Positions 1 through 13,222 of a stretch of 64,000 nucleotides of DNA are shown here, piece by piece. This DNA is from Tricharina praecox (Eukaryota): contig NW_026250418.1 of NCBI RefSeq assembly GCF_024521635.1, positions 558,001-622,000 of the forward strand, given 5' to 3'. Each line of letters starts with the position of its first letter. Position 1 is the stretch's first letter. The notes beneath the pieces are model-generated. The model made no database searches. It worked only from the letters and a program-made list of their open reading frames with translations, and had not been told where the DNA came from. The translations under genes were made by a program, and so were the position numbers.

Positions 1-748
1 AACCAGGTGGACCTGCGATCCAGTGCGGATGTACTCTACTCTATCATAGTAGGGTTGTCCAGGAGGTTATATTGCTTTCGATGGAGAAACGTCTTCGCTT
101 AGGTACCTTCATAGTTACCGGCCAGTCCATCTCTATCACATCGACTGCCTGCGGTAGGTAATATCCACCGGCAGAAGTCATAAATGCGCAGCAGATCACA
201 TATATTTATGGCCCGAGTCCGTCCGTGCCATTTCGGTTGTTTCGGTCGTTTCGCTCTGTGCTGCCCGAGAAACAAATTAAGTAGCTAAGACTGAATGCCT
301 GAACTGAACTGGAGGCAATGTCCTGGGTGTGTGCAACATTACCCAAGAGCGCGGTAAATACTCCACCAATGATCGAACTCAGCACTATGTGTGCTATTGC
401 TATGAGGTAGTACACAGCTCGAGTCTGTGACTCTGTGTCAGCCTCTAGGTTTATGATTTATTACAAATTCTGTATCACGGCCGAACCAGGAATCCAACAG
501 CCGGTTCAGTTCACGCATGATCACTCGGCCGTAACCAGATTTGTAACGACCAATATCGTGAAAGCCATGAAATTCCACCGCCATAGACCAGATGGCGTAT
601 GTGAATAGTTAGCAATCAACGTCAAGCCCCGCAGTGAAATTCTGAACCTGAAATTCTGAACCTGAACCCCCCGCCACGCCAAACCAAACCATTACCCACC
701 CGCTATCTCCAGCCCACACCACACAGACGACACAGACGAGACGACCGA

Positions 749-1147
749 CTACCCAGCGCCCGCCGCCTCCACCGCCTCGTCCAGCAGGGCTTCACACTCC
801 TCGAGCTGCGCCTCAAGCAGGTGCATCCAGAGGCCCCAACCCCCATCCCCATTCTTCCCCCCTCCTCCTCCGGCTTTGGACCACTCCTCCACCCACGTCC
901 CCACCCCGCCCACCTCTCGCTGCAACGCGGCGAGCACCGCCTCGAAGCGGTTATAATGCAGCCTGAGCACACGCGTCGGCAGCTGCGGGTAGGCGTGTAG
1001 CAGCTGCGTCGAGAACTGGAGGATCGCGCGGCGCAAAGTCGTCGTGCGCGATAGCAGGCGGGTTAGGTATTTGCTTGTTGGTGATGGTGGGGGTTTGTGG
1101 GGATATGGATAGGGGGGACGGGGTGGGGGACGGGGTGGTTTACGCAT
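749..1147 (-). CDS. Hypothetical protein, 132 aa (Pro-rich N-terminus, helical remainder)
   Basis: ATG-initiated single-exon ORF with GC3-rich codons; no recognisable domain. Confidence 0.45.
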   Translation of the reverse strand: MRKPPRPPPRPPYPYPHKPPPSPTSKYLTRLLSRTTTLRRAILQFSTQLLHAYPQLPTRVLRLHYNRFEAVLAALQREVGGVGTWVEEWSKAGGGGGKNGDGGWGLWMHLLEAQLEECEALLDEAVEAAGAG

Positions 1148-1210
1148 ATTTACGGGGAGAGGCGGGGGAGACGGGGTGGTTTACGCATATTTACGGGGAG
1201 AGGCGGGGGA
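1129..1210. repeat. 41-bp perfect tandem duplication spanning the start codon of ORF 749..1147
   Basis: gacggggtggtttacgcatatttacggggagaggcggggga at 1129-1169 and 1170-1210. Confidence 0.9.
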
Positions 1211-1507
1211 GACGGGGAGACGGGGGAGACGAAGGTGAAGGCGGGAGTATGAACGTGTGCTGATGTGCTGGGAGTGGGGTCATCTCGAAGGTGGAACGTG
1301 GAACTGGAACTGGAACGCGGAACTTGGAAGTTGGAAGTTGGGCGTGGTCACGGGACGGACGGCTTGGTGACAGGTTTCATGTCATCGAGGTTACTGAATC
1401 GCGAGTGATATTCCATCAATCATAAGGCATCCAAAACGTCCACTGTCGTCTATAACAAGTATGCATCTAAATCCAGTTCCATCTACATCATCTTCCCATG
1501 GTATCAC

Positions 1508-3304
1508 TCAAGCCTCGCCCCTGCCCCTCGCCGTCTCCCGCCCCCGTCCATCCTCATCGATAGCATAGAACGAAACTCCACACTCCCTCCTTCTCCCGAC
1601 GATATACCACACACCGGCACCCCACGTCATCAACACACCCACCCAGCTCCACGTCGGCAGCCTGAACCCCATGAGCAGCACTGTCTGGAGCGCGCTTCTC
1701 GGGTACGTCGTGACCACCATAGTGAGCGGGGTGCTAGCACGCACCAGCAAGAACCCGGTAACGAACGTAGCCCACGCAGCCGCGCCGGCGCCCAGCATCA
1801 TCAGCCAGAAGAAAGCGACATCAAGGATGTAGCAATTCCTGCTGATGTCGCGGAGCTCGCCGGAAATGAGCGCGCACGGAAGGAGGAACATGATGCTGAG
1901 GAGGTTGGTGTAGTGTAGGAGTTTCCAGGCTGAGCGGGTGGCGTCTTTGCCGTCGCCGGACATGACGACGCTGCTGTGATCGGTCAAGGAATTGTCGACC
2001 GTGAAGGGGTGCGGGGAGTCGTTGGGTGCGTGACGGTCGGAAAAGGCCTTGTACGTCGACGAGAGGAGGATGGGATATAGCGCTACGAAGAAGGTGGAGA
2101 ATACGCCGGCAATGAAGCCTTCGATTGCGAAGCGCGTTCCTGGGCGTAGGGAAACAACGGCGAGGGAGAGAACCATGGTTATGCAAGAGGAGAGTGTGGT
2201 CACCGAGAGCGATTGGGACCGGTGAAAGAAATGCGTCAGGATAAGGGTCCATAGAAGCGAGGAAACGCGGGAGATTTGGTAGATCTGGACTTGGGTGTAT
2301 CTGCACACGTGTCAGCTTGAGCATTCCGGCGCCAGTTGTAGAGGCGGAGGTGGGAAAACCGCGGAGATGGGGAAACCAACGCAAAGGACAGGTTGCTGAG
2401 CATGATCTTCAGACTGTATACTATCGCGAGCGGCAGCACTAAACAAACCTCCTGCCACTTGATCGAAAAGATTCCATCAGTAGTCTGAGCGCGGAGCTTT
2501 CCGGCGAATTCCCGTAATCCACCACTGCCGTCGGAAGCCCGTCTTTTCCCTTTTGACGGCTTCGGCCTCGGAGCCACGATGCATCCGAGTCCGAGGGAAT
2601 ACAACGAGCGGGAGAACGAGCGAGTGATCGAGGCGGACGCGCAGAGGAAGAATTGAGTGAACAGGAGCTCGACGAGTGTTGTAGTTATCGGATATCCGAA
2701 CCTGCAACCAGATTAGGTCCGTGAACTGAAACATGCAACAGAGAGCCGTACTTGTAAACACCGGCTGGCAAAGATTAGCGATGCTTCGTCAAAATATTTG
2801 GGTATGCCACCTACTCCACAGTATGAATCTGTTCATGATTAACAGCAACAGAGACGTCACCCCGTACAACGCGATCAGAAGGCTGGTGTAGACCATCCAG
2901 CCCCTTTGAGTGTTCCAAAACCATCGCCCAAGCTTCCCTCCCCGAAACCACGAGAGGAATCCTTGCTCTGGCGGCCCTTCGCCTATACGCCAGCTTCCGA
3001 GCACTCCATCATCGTCGTACGCGGAGCCTGGAGAGGACGGGTACGGACTGCGCGTGTCTACGGATAGTAATGGAAGCGATGTCTGGCTTGCACCTTCCCA
3101 CGGTGGTGATACCGATCTACTTCGCGATTTCGACTGAGAACGTGAGTGCCGTGGGCCACCGTTATCTTCCGAATCAGAGTCTATGAGAAGGTTCGGCGTC
3201 GGGAGTGGAGAAGGCGAAGGCGAGTTTCCGCGGGACGAGTGTGCCGAGGCTAGGAGTTCGTGGGGCTTCCGGAAACTTATGTTCCCGAAGGGAGAGCGAT
3301 ACAT
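1508..3304 (-). CDS. Nucleotide-sugar / triose-phosphate transporter family protein (SLC35C-like), about 4 exons
   Basis: Splicing joins MNRFILWTGVYKFGYPITTT ... KIMLSNLSFAYTQVQIYQISR ... LLVRASTPLT; many TM helices; introns near 2765-2814, 2702-2751 and 2301-2381. Confidence 0.75.
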
Positions 3305-3574
3305 TATCCTACTCTTGAGGTTTTTGTTGAGGAAAAGGGTATGGGGGGAGGCAAAACGGTGATGTAACTGGGTAAGGTGTACTCTTGCTGTGGATGCGAC
3401 ACACTCACACGATCTCTCAAGTCCACAGGTCCAGCTGTCCCTGAATTTCGGTAACGTGGAACCCGTATGCAGTGACGTGACTAATGTCTTGGCATTACCT
3501 AGCGTGGCAGTAGCTTCGAGCGGGTCAGAGCCGCAACGCGTCTTCCCGGACACGCGTCTAAAATACTGCCCCAC

Positions 3575-3760
3575 CACTCCTTCCCCACGGCATCACAACT
3601 CACAACTCGCCTCCCTCCTTCCCCCACTACACATCACCACTTCTCATTCGTTACACCTCTCGCCCCCTCCTTCCCCACTACAGATCACCACCTTCCCCAC
3701 TACATTCGTTACATCTCTCTCCCCTCCTTCCCCCACTACACATCACCACACCTCTTAATA
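3575..3760. repeat. Degenerate C/T-rich tandem repeat (ccttccccactaca-type units) in the divergent promoter
   Basis: ccttccccactac motif recurs about 5 times. Confidence 0.6.
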
Positions 3761-3828
3761 TTCCCTTACATCTAATCAACCCTCATTCCATACCCCTCCT
3801 ATACCTACATTTATTCTTCTAATCAATA

Positions 3829-6348
3829 ATGGACAGAGACAGCTTTAATTCAAAGCCGCCTACCATCGGACGTGAGAGCGACGGTTCGTTTCCTGGAAAC
3901 CACGGTGGCGTCCCCCGTTCTCAGTCGAATATCCCCAACCCCCAGGGCTTTCCTTATTCTGGTTTAGCCACCTCTGGGAATGGTGGTCCTTCGAATTTGC
4001 AGAAATCGTCCGACGCACCCCTCAACAGCCTCGACCGGTTGTCCCCCAAATCAAGACTCACGAGCTCCTCCCTCGTTTTGGAAGACGGCAACAGCAGCAG
4101 TAGTGGACCGTCACAGCCTTCCAGGGCCCCTCTTCCTCATGCCAATCCGGTCGAACATGCGTTTACCTCTCTGGGGAATGAAAAATTTGACCTTCCTTTT
4201 ACGACACCCGAAGTTGTTCTTAACAAGACGCAGGTTTCTTCGTGAGTAACACCAGTCAAATTGAAGTCTGTATGAGCTGTCCGCTAATTCATTATAGCTC
4301 GGTGGAGAAAATCGAGAGAATCTTGACTTGTTTGAAGACGTATCTTACGATCGCAGACTGTAAGCCACTTAGACATGCGATGATTGGCATATCAGCAGCC
4401 GACTGACGAGCGTGATGCAGATCATACTTTCGCTTCCTACGACCTTGCCGATGCGCTCCGTGACTATGCCGGGGAGGTCAATAATCGCAAATCGCCTGAC
4501 GCATTGGAGAGAAAGCTCCGCGAAATTGAGGCAAATGACGGCAAGCATTTGCATCGTTCCAAGTGCATATCGGATGCTTCTCACTTCTGGGAGAACAACG
4601 CATTCATGAATGATAGGCTTCGCCTCCTGGTCATGCGCCAGTTCTTTGGCCTCAACATCTCTGCTTTCACTTCCTTTGACCTGCAAGCAAAGGGAGAAAT
4701 GAAAGGAGATATGAAAGCAGAAAAGGACAGCAAGGACAATGGAGAGTCAAATCCTGTTGTCGTGGACGACTTGCCAGGTGTGAGACACGACAATAGCGCC
4801 GTTCCGCAGAATCGGGGAGGGATGGCTGACAGCCGATTACGGGAAGGACTTGGGAAATGTCCGTTTCCTCTTTCGTCCCTCCCTGCCAGCGGCTTTCCAT
4901 CGCCGGATCCGATAACCTATACGAAAACAGTGGCTATCATCAAGGAAGCACTCAGTGCTGCGAACAGTGACGAGAGGGGCAGTCCGTTCGACGAAGAGAA
5001 GAATCAACGCCGTATCGACAGAAGCTTCCGCAATTTTGAGGAGGAGTTTCTGATGGGATTCGTCGTACGCTCTTCTCTCGAAGGTTACGAGCACCTCATG
5101 AATGCTTTCCTGAGCAACAAAGAGAAGGATCTTTTGGACCCAATGAGCTCCAATCCCAAGAGCAGCCCACCTCAGGGTAGCAGAGAGGATCACCGCCCGG
5201 ACCATGGCCACAGCTCTCAAGGCAATGGGAACAATATGGAGGACACCCGCCGAGGTACCAACCGCAGCCCTCCACAAGAGAGGAAAAAATATGCCGGCTC
5301 CGGTACTAATCGCAACCTACCTCAAGGGCGTGATGTGCCCCACCGGGATCGGCTGCCTACTTTGGAGAAGCCGACCGACGCGGATGAGATACTGGCAGAC
5401 CTGATTGGACGAGTTAACAATGTTAAGAGACAGCATGGGTGTTCCGAGTTTGTGCCTTTCCCGGCCTCTATCATGTCGCTCATGAAGTCCAGTGGCCCTT
5501 CGGGTCCAACACAGGGCTACTCTCAGTCCCAGGGTTTGTCCCAATTGCCCACGAGTACTGATCCGACCTCGGGTCCATCACAGGTCTACTCTAAGTCCCA
5601 GGGGTTGTCTCGATTGCCCAAGAGTACTGATCCGACCTCGACTGAAGAGACCCCCAAGACTAAGAAGCGCTCTTACGAGCAGCTCCCACAGAGTGAATTT
5701 GGGAAGCAATGGATAAAGAGCCGGACTGTTTCGATTGTGGATGATACATATCCTAGGAACGTTCCTAACAATGAGGGAGTTTCGACCACTGGAAAAGAGA
5801 TCGGCGTCAATGGGAACGTGGCTGTTGGGGTTCTACCGATTGATAAGATGGACAAGACTGCCGTTGACAAGATGGACAAGACTGCCGTTGATAAGATGGA
5901 CAAGACCGCTTTTGAGAAAGTAATGCCGCTCGTTCAGCCTGGCCAGATGCCTTCCGAGTTGACGAAACTCATGGGTCGAATCGCCGGACTGGGAGCTACC
6001 TGCCATGAAGCGCCTTCTCTGCATAAGTGGCTGGGCTCGTTGCCAAATGAAATGACCGAGCAGGAGGTTCCTTGGCTAACCACCCGCAAGAAAAACATCC
6101 AGAAAGACAACCAGACTGTCGAGAACTCTCCGTTCAACAAGAAGCTGACGAAGGAAGGCTCCATCATGGGTAACTTCCGCACTGGCATCAAGACCGACTC
6201 CGCTGGTACTATTCTCGATGAGACTCACGGATACCCTCGCATGACGGGCAAGATCCCTGGGTCTACTCTCAAGAGGACTGGAAAGTTCTGTGTTGGTGAT
6301 GGAACTGACTACTGGGTCGCCCCTAACATGAAAAAGTATCAGAAATGA
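3829..6348 (+). CDS. Orphan hypothetical protein, about 800 aa, 3 exons, with internal repeats
   Basis: Introns 4242-4297 (GTGAGT..CTAAT..TAG) and 4360-4420 (GTAAGC..CTGAC..CAG) join the 138-aa and 654-aa ORFs in frame; DKMDKTA x3 and a duplicated SQGLS-LP-STDPTS block. Confidence 0.75.
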
Positions 6349-7266
6349 TAGTATAAGAGATAATAGTAAACTTAGTTGCTGTTGCGAATGATGGCTTTTA
6401 CAATGTGATTTCGTGATGGCTTGAGGTGCAGAGTGAAATGAACAGTGTTCCCCATATATATAGTCCAGACGGACTGAACGGGATCAGTCCAGTCCCGTCC
6501 GTTCCTTTTCGAGGACCGGATAAAAGTAGTCCGTCCCGTTCGCCAATTTGCTGGACGGGATTGGACTGCACTCCGGTAGTGCAAAAATGCCCCTCTTTTC
6601 AGCACTTCCCCGACAAAATACGACACTATTTCCCACTATCGTGTGTTGAATTTCGTCCAGTACCAGCAACGCCGCGGTGTCATCTTCATCTAGTGAGCGT
6701 ACTACACTCACACTTGCCTCAGCCACTACAACCACCGATAATACGCCGCGGAGCTTTCTCTCTTGTGATTTATGTCGCCCTGTACCTGTCTTGGCAGTCG
6801 ACTGTAGTCAACTGCAGTCCGTCCCGTCCGGGGTCATGTGCACAGGTATTTTGGCAGCGAAAATGTGGTGATTCGAGCTCGATTGAACAACCTCAAGCCA
6901 CCATAGGCTTCTCCCTCCTATGTACAATACATAGTTTTGGGGCTTTTATGGTGAAATTCTCATCGTTTCTAGTAGGTAGGCGGTCCATGCAATTTCACAC
7001 GACATATACAGATGGGGTTTAGCGTACCAGATTCTGAAGTGGCAGACCAGGAAGTTTGTAGAGTCCGCGCCAGGTATCACCCTGCTTCAGCTCCTGACAT
7101 CGAGCCTGAGCTTCGCTTCTTTCTCTGACAACAGACGACACTCGGACTCGCTTTCCGCTCTACTCTCACTACAACTACTGCCACTATCACCACCACTGCA
7201 CACCCCTACTCCTTTTGCTCCTGCTCGTGGAATCGTCAGCTCGTATATTCTCCCTCTGGAACGACG

Positions 7267-9778
7267 ATGACGGTTCCCTCTAGCAACAGCAACAGGAGCA
7301 GTAGTGCTGGTATGCACACACTGGTGGCCGGGCTCACGCTATCTTCGCCCTCACCGACGACTCCAGCCGCCACACAAACCTCGTTCACCGCCGCTCCGAC
7401 GAGCATCTTCAACAACCCGGGGCACGGGATCTTCTCCACGTCGTCTAGTCCCCGCACGAGCAGCACCCCGAACAAGTTCGCCGGGCGCCGGTTAAGCTAC
7501 GCCGTGGACGCCGGTGGTCGCGGGAATGACTCGGCGGTGAAGGAGGTCGACGACCCGACCAGTACCCTGTCTGCTGACAGAAGCCATGCCAATACCCCCA
7601 GCCGTACGTTGGCTGTAGCTTCCCCACAGAACATATACGGACGATGTGGCAGTTACAGAGGTCCCCCTCTCCCGGTTCCCAGCCCCCCCGGTGGAAAAGC
7701 TAACATCGGCGGCACGGCACAGGCTCCGATTCGCTTGAGGATTTTCTGTATAATAGAGGGTTTCTACAGGGGGCGTGCAGCGACGTAACGATCATCGCAT
7801 TCGGGACACAATACCGACTCCACCGTCTGATCCTCGACCGGTCCTCCTTCTTTTCGTCGTGCTTCAACGGTGGACCCTGGGCCGAGGCCGATTCCTCCGA
7901 AATCACGCTGTCACCCGAGGCGACGGATCCGAATATTGAGAAACATGCATTTGAGCTGGCGCTTGCGAGGCTATATGGACATGTGGACAAGGCGGAAGAG
8001 GATAAACATGCGATGCCGCTGCTGGCGACCGCGAGTTATCTGCGGTTGCAGGATTTGGCGGAATCGTGTGTGGCATCGTTGTTGAGGAGTCTGAAGACAA
8101 GCAATATCGCAGATATTATTCGGTTCGTCACGAACAGCTATTACGGCCCGCTCACGGATCGTCTGTTGGATAGTGCGAAGGCTTTGTTGTATCGAGATGG
8201 GTGGGAGATGCAGCTCTCCGAGTGGGACGGGATCAGCGGCGAAATTGCGGCCGAGATCGTCGGTTACGAGGGATTCTATGTTCCCACAGAGTACCATCGG
8301 TATTGCTTCGTCAAGGGACTTACGGACTGCAGGATAAAGGCCGCATACTTGGCTGATGGGTCTCCAGTCGATGGCTCTTTCCTAAAGATCCCAGAGAACC
8401 CCGACAACGATTACTTGTCAGCGGACATGGCAAGACACCACGACCTCGATGACGGCGTATCTTCACTTGGGGATGACGAAATAGACGCTGATATCCAGCC
8501 TTTACGTGACTTACTGGAAACCGGAATCTACTACATCCACATGTCCTTCGAAGAACTCCAAAAGATTGCAGAGGATGTTGATATACTCGGCCGACCATTT
8601 GTCAGCGAGGCCACTATAAGGGACGCTCTTTGGCAACAGACAATCCTGCGTCAGAAAGTTCTGAATGCACAGAACGATAGCCCTGAGTTGGGTATCTCGA
8701 AGACTGAATATGTGCAATTGAGTGCACCGGTAAAGGGCGGAAAGAGTCCTAATACCCTAGAGGGGAAATCAACAAACACTGTTGGCCTCCTCACGCCCTG
8801 TACTTCCTCATCACAGCTGGATCTTTTCACGACGGGCCGTGGGCAGAAGCCGAAAAGGAAGTACTTCATCCCTACCGAGGACTCCTCCACCACGGTAATC
8901 GGGGATTACCCCGAGCAGACACCCCACGTCAGCGTTTCGGGACGGGGACAGCCTCGTGGTGGCGCTTCGGGAAACAATAATAGCAGTAACAACGACACTA
9001 CAGCCGTCTCCACTTCCGCGGTCGCAAACCCAGACTCTGGCTCCAAAGAGTCCGGTAACGGCGACGAAATCCGATACAGCGACTTCCCACCATTCCGCTT
9101 TTCCGCCGAATTTAAGAATATCCGCTGCTTGAAGGAGCGCAAACGTGTCTACTCAAAAACGGTCTTCTATGCTGGCAGTTGCTGGAACATCTACATACAG
9201 TCGGTCAAGGGCGCTCGGGGCACGCAACTAGGAGTCTACCTGCATCGTGCTAAGGATCGGGAAGGCAGCGGCGCATCCTCAGCCGGAAACCGTGAAAACG
9301 ACCAGCTCATCGGCATGATCGGCTCTCTAAACCAGAACCAGAAATCGGAAGCGGAGGAAGGCGATACTACACTCCACGATGGCGACACTACAGGCACACT
9401 CTCGTCCCGTCCAGGCGCCAACACTTCCGCCAGTCGCGCCACTCCCCCGCCGTCAACAGAGGTCTCTGTTGCGGCTTTAGGCCACTACGTCGACTCTCGC
9501 CCGATCATCCAAACGTACTTTAAGATCTTCTCACCAAGCAGGAAGGGAAAGATGTTGAGTATCTTCTCAAGTCGGCCCGATAGTTTCAATTTCTCGCAGA
9601 GTTGGGGGTGGAAGTCAAGTAGTCTCATACTGGACGAGGGCATGCTGGGCGGTGAAGGGAATGAGAAGGATTCTCGATTGAGGTTTATGGTTGTGCTTGG
9701 TTAGTACCCTGTCCTCCATTCTCCCCGTAAATATCCCACAAGATTCGCTGACTAGTGAGTGACACAGGTAATGTTTAG
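7267..9778 (+). CDS. BTB/POZ-domain protein with a C-terminal MATH-like region
   Basis: FLQGACSDVTIIAFGTQYRLHRLILDRSSFF (BTB); FPPFRFSAEF...FYAGSCWNIYIQ...SQSWGWKS...LRFMVVLGNV; first intron ends 7722 (donor 7604 or 7661), last intron 9700-9767. Confidence 0.8.
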
Positions 9779-10380
9779 GTGTTTCGCGGAAGGGAGGGGC
9801 TTTACTGTTTTTTATAGCGAGTGTGGGTGTGTGAGGGAGTTGCATTTGCTTTTCTGCATACATTACCTGTATGGTACTTTACATACTTCTTTCTATTTCT
9901 ACTTTAATTGTGGATCTGGCGGGATGAGGAGGATTACATGGTGTTTTCGTTTTCTTTACAGTTGGATGGGAGGAGGAGTGATTTATTGGCATAGTGGTGG
10001 TGTTGGTGATGGTGGTGGTGTTGGTGATGGACTGAAGCATTGAATACACGTAATTTGCATTACCTTTCATTGGTCTATTATGAGTCCTGGCAGTGCAGAG
10101 ACCTCAGACAAGATGTTGCTGATGAGTATAATTCTGGATGGATATAAATAACAAAATCGGTAATTAATATGACCATGGATAAGGTTGACCGTTGGACCGT
10201 CCGACCGTGGTTGGCATCTCAAGGCTGGGCAGTGGGCAGGCCCCAGGGATCAAGCCACCCCGCACCCAAAGCCTAGGTAGTTCCCCCACTTCCAGCAACA
10301 GCTTGAGGTCACGCTTCCTCACTGCATCAACTTCGTCATCCCATCCGCCTGGCAACCTCACAACATCAGCGCTGCCCACA

Positions 10381-11678
10381 ATGGTTTCGCCTCCCCCCTT
10401 CTCCCCGCCTTCGCCCTCCCAAGCTGAAATGAAACCTATAGAAAAAACCCTACACTTCAACTACAGTTCTAATCGAGCGCCTCACCTCGGAAGAATACTC
10501 CGAAAATGACTACAGCGGGCTCCCAGAGCTTATCGAATCAATAAAGCTTCAAGACAGCGGCCCCACCGAAGCCTCACGCGCGATCCGCAAAAAACTGTCC
10601 CTCTCTCCATCCCGCCCTCGCCCTCCGCCCATCCGCACTGACACGCAACAGGAAATACGGCAACATCCACCGGCAACTCCGCGCGCTCACTCTCCTTGAC
10701 GCTCTGATCTCCAACGCGGGAGCGCGGTTCCAGCGCACATTCGCTGACGAACCCCTCCTCGAACGGCTGCGCCTCGCCGCAACAGAATCCACTACCGATC
10801 CTGATGTGAAAGCCAAGCTCAAGGAGCTGTTTATCCAGTGGAACAGGGAGTACAAGGATACATCCGGGCTCCAGGGCATAGCGAACCTGCACAAGCAGTT
10901 CCCGAGGAAACAGCGACAGCCGACCACGGTTACGAAGCCCCCGCCGCCTCCACCGGCGCCGAGCTCACCCCCGCCCCCAAGGAGGGGGAGTCCCGAGGGT
11001 GGGAGTAGTGGCGGGGGAGGAGGTATAGGAACTGGCTGGAGAAGCTCCCATAAGAAGTCCGCCTCCAAATCGAAATCCAAGCCCGCACCAGCGTTCAACC
11101 TGGAGAAAGAGAAGCCACTGTTAAACCAGGCGCTCGCGAATTCCACAATCGCGAGCACAAACCTGAAGAACGCCCTGAAGCTGATCAACCGCGAGAAGGA
11201 GCGGCCCAGCGAACAACGGGAGATCGTCACGCACTTGGAGGCGTGCAAGAACCTGCGGCAGGGCGTGTTGCGGTACATCCAACACGTCGAGAGCGACCAG
11301 TGGCTGGGAAGTCTGATCAACGCGCATGAGGAGCTCACGATTGCGATCGAAATGTTTGAGATCTGGGATAAGCCGATTGATCAAGATAGCGATAGCGAGG
11401 ATGATTGGAATAAGGATGATGATGACGACGTGGCGGAGAGGATGGGGGCGCTCAAGGTTACGGGAAATACGAGTCCACCCATGCCACCGCGTCCAACACA
11501 ACTGCCGAAAGGCAAAGATCCGGTCCCCGTCGAGGATGATGATGAGGAGGACCCAGACGATCCGTTCGGAAATCAGTATGAAGTCGTTGAAGATGATGGC
11601 ACGAAATGGTACCTGCACCCCTGCCCTACCTACCTATGCGACACCTGCTTATTGATTGGAAATAGGAGAGTAGTGTGA
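10381..11678 (+). CDS. LSB5: VHS + GAT domain endocytic adaptor (Lsb5-like)
   Basis: M|KKPYTSTTVLIERLTSEEY ... GPTEASRAIRKKLKYGNIHRQLRAL (VHS); GAT-like LRYIQHVESDQWLGSLINAHEEL; introns 10384-10441, 10597-10651 and near 11610-11665. Confidence 0.8.
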
Positions 11679-11849
11679 ACGGACTGGGGGGAGTGCGTTA
11701 GATGTTTGGAATGAGGTTTCGTTGTTCGCGTGTGTTGATTTCCTTGTTTTGTTGCTTGTTTGAGGTGGGGCTGTTTGGTAAAGCGTTTGAAGCGGTGTTT
11801 TTGCGGTAACGATGTGCTTTTGAGGCAGAGAGGTGGCCACAGTTAGATG

Positions 11850-12369
11850 GCGGGCATCGTACATGGTCTGGTGCCCACAATATATGTGTCGAAGACAAAA
11901 GACCGTTCGACTGCTTCATATCGGATGGCCATCGAGTCCTTTCCGACCCTTGGTGTATGGACGGGTTATCTCCTTTAATCACGTACATAAGATCCCCGAA
12001 GAAACGCTTCGACAACGAAGTTGGTCGTTGATACTTCGAATCACACTCCATGATCAACGGCTTTTTATAGATCACGCCGGTGGCCCAGAATCCCAGACCC
12101 CATACAAATACGTGGGGCGCAGGATTGAACTCGCCTCGGTGTTCCTTTCTTCAGGGTTTCCATCCTTCTGCTTACTAGAGTACATACGGGCCGACGTATG
12201 GTGGTGCGGGGTTTAAGGTGATCAAGAAGCGCGGCGGTCGTCGTTCTATACCGCCACCACTACAACAAGTCACATGGCGTATTCTGCGCTTCTGATACGT
12301 AGAGACCCAAGGTAAGGTAAACCGGCAGGGTGAAAGCTCTAGGCTGTAATGACTCTTCACCAGGCGCAA
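11850..12369 (-). mobile_element. Possible highly degenerate Tc1/mariner-type transposase relic
   Basis: One reading frame broken by TAG-TAA (12177-12172) and TGA (12153-12151) contains YVL**AEGWKP, VFVWG and KGDNPSIH, resembling Tc1 VMVWG and QDNAxIH motifs; no SPDLNPIE motif or TIRs seen. Confidence 0.3.
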
Positions 12370-13222
12370 TTATCGTACTTGTCACTACATAGGGGTTACT
12401 GGACGGCGGAGTTGGCAGCTGGCTACGGTATTAATGCTTCTTGTTGGCTAGCTATCATCCTGAAGTTTGAACGTCGTAATTAATTCCGCCATTCCGTTGC
12501 TGCTGCTATGGACGCGTGATATCTCCGTATGTATCTATCCTGCTTGAATACCCTGTATGAAAGTGCTCTAGATAGGTATATCCTCAGAGAGGCAAATAAC
12601 TCCGAGCCCGAAGACAACCTGGACATCACGAACACCACATATGTAGTAAAGTTAGAGAATCGTCTTGGAGCCGGCCGCATACACATATGATGCCGAGATT
12701 CGTCCAGTCGAATTTGCATCCAATGAGCAAGTTAGTGACGGGATACCTATATCGAAGGTGTGCTAAGCCATCTAGTGGAATTAATGGGATTATAGGTATC
12801 GTGAGTTTGAGAAGCCCTGCTGTTGAATGGGAATGGAGAGGACAGGAGGAGGGAGGGGTTAGTTAACTGGAACCCCGCGAACAAACAGCACAATAGCGAG
12901 TTTGGCGAACCGTCGGACATTATGGCAGCAACCTCATTAGTGGGGACCACCTTACCTGACCTGGCCACAAACAGCTATCGCGACTCGACAGCCAGTTAGC
13001 GAGCAATAGTCAAGCTCCCTCCCCTTCTCTCTCCCCCTCCCGCGCGCAGAGATTAATAGCTGAAAAGACGTCTATCTACCATTTCCCATTGCCAAACCAG
13101 ACCTATGAACAAAAAGAACAAAAGAGCAAAGGAAACCCCTCATTTTCCCGACCCGCGCGAGGCTGAAAGTACAAGAACGTAAGTTTTTGTTTTTGATATC
13201 AAAAAACGCCCACGAGCGTGAT

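Noticed and set aside
200..560. Short inverted and direct motifs (tttcggt x2, acggccga/tcggccgt) as transposon ends
   Set aside because: Matches of 8 bp or less, no TSD, truncated by the window edge
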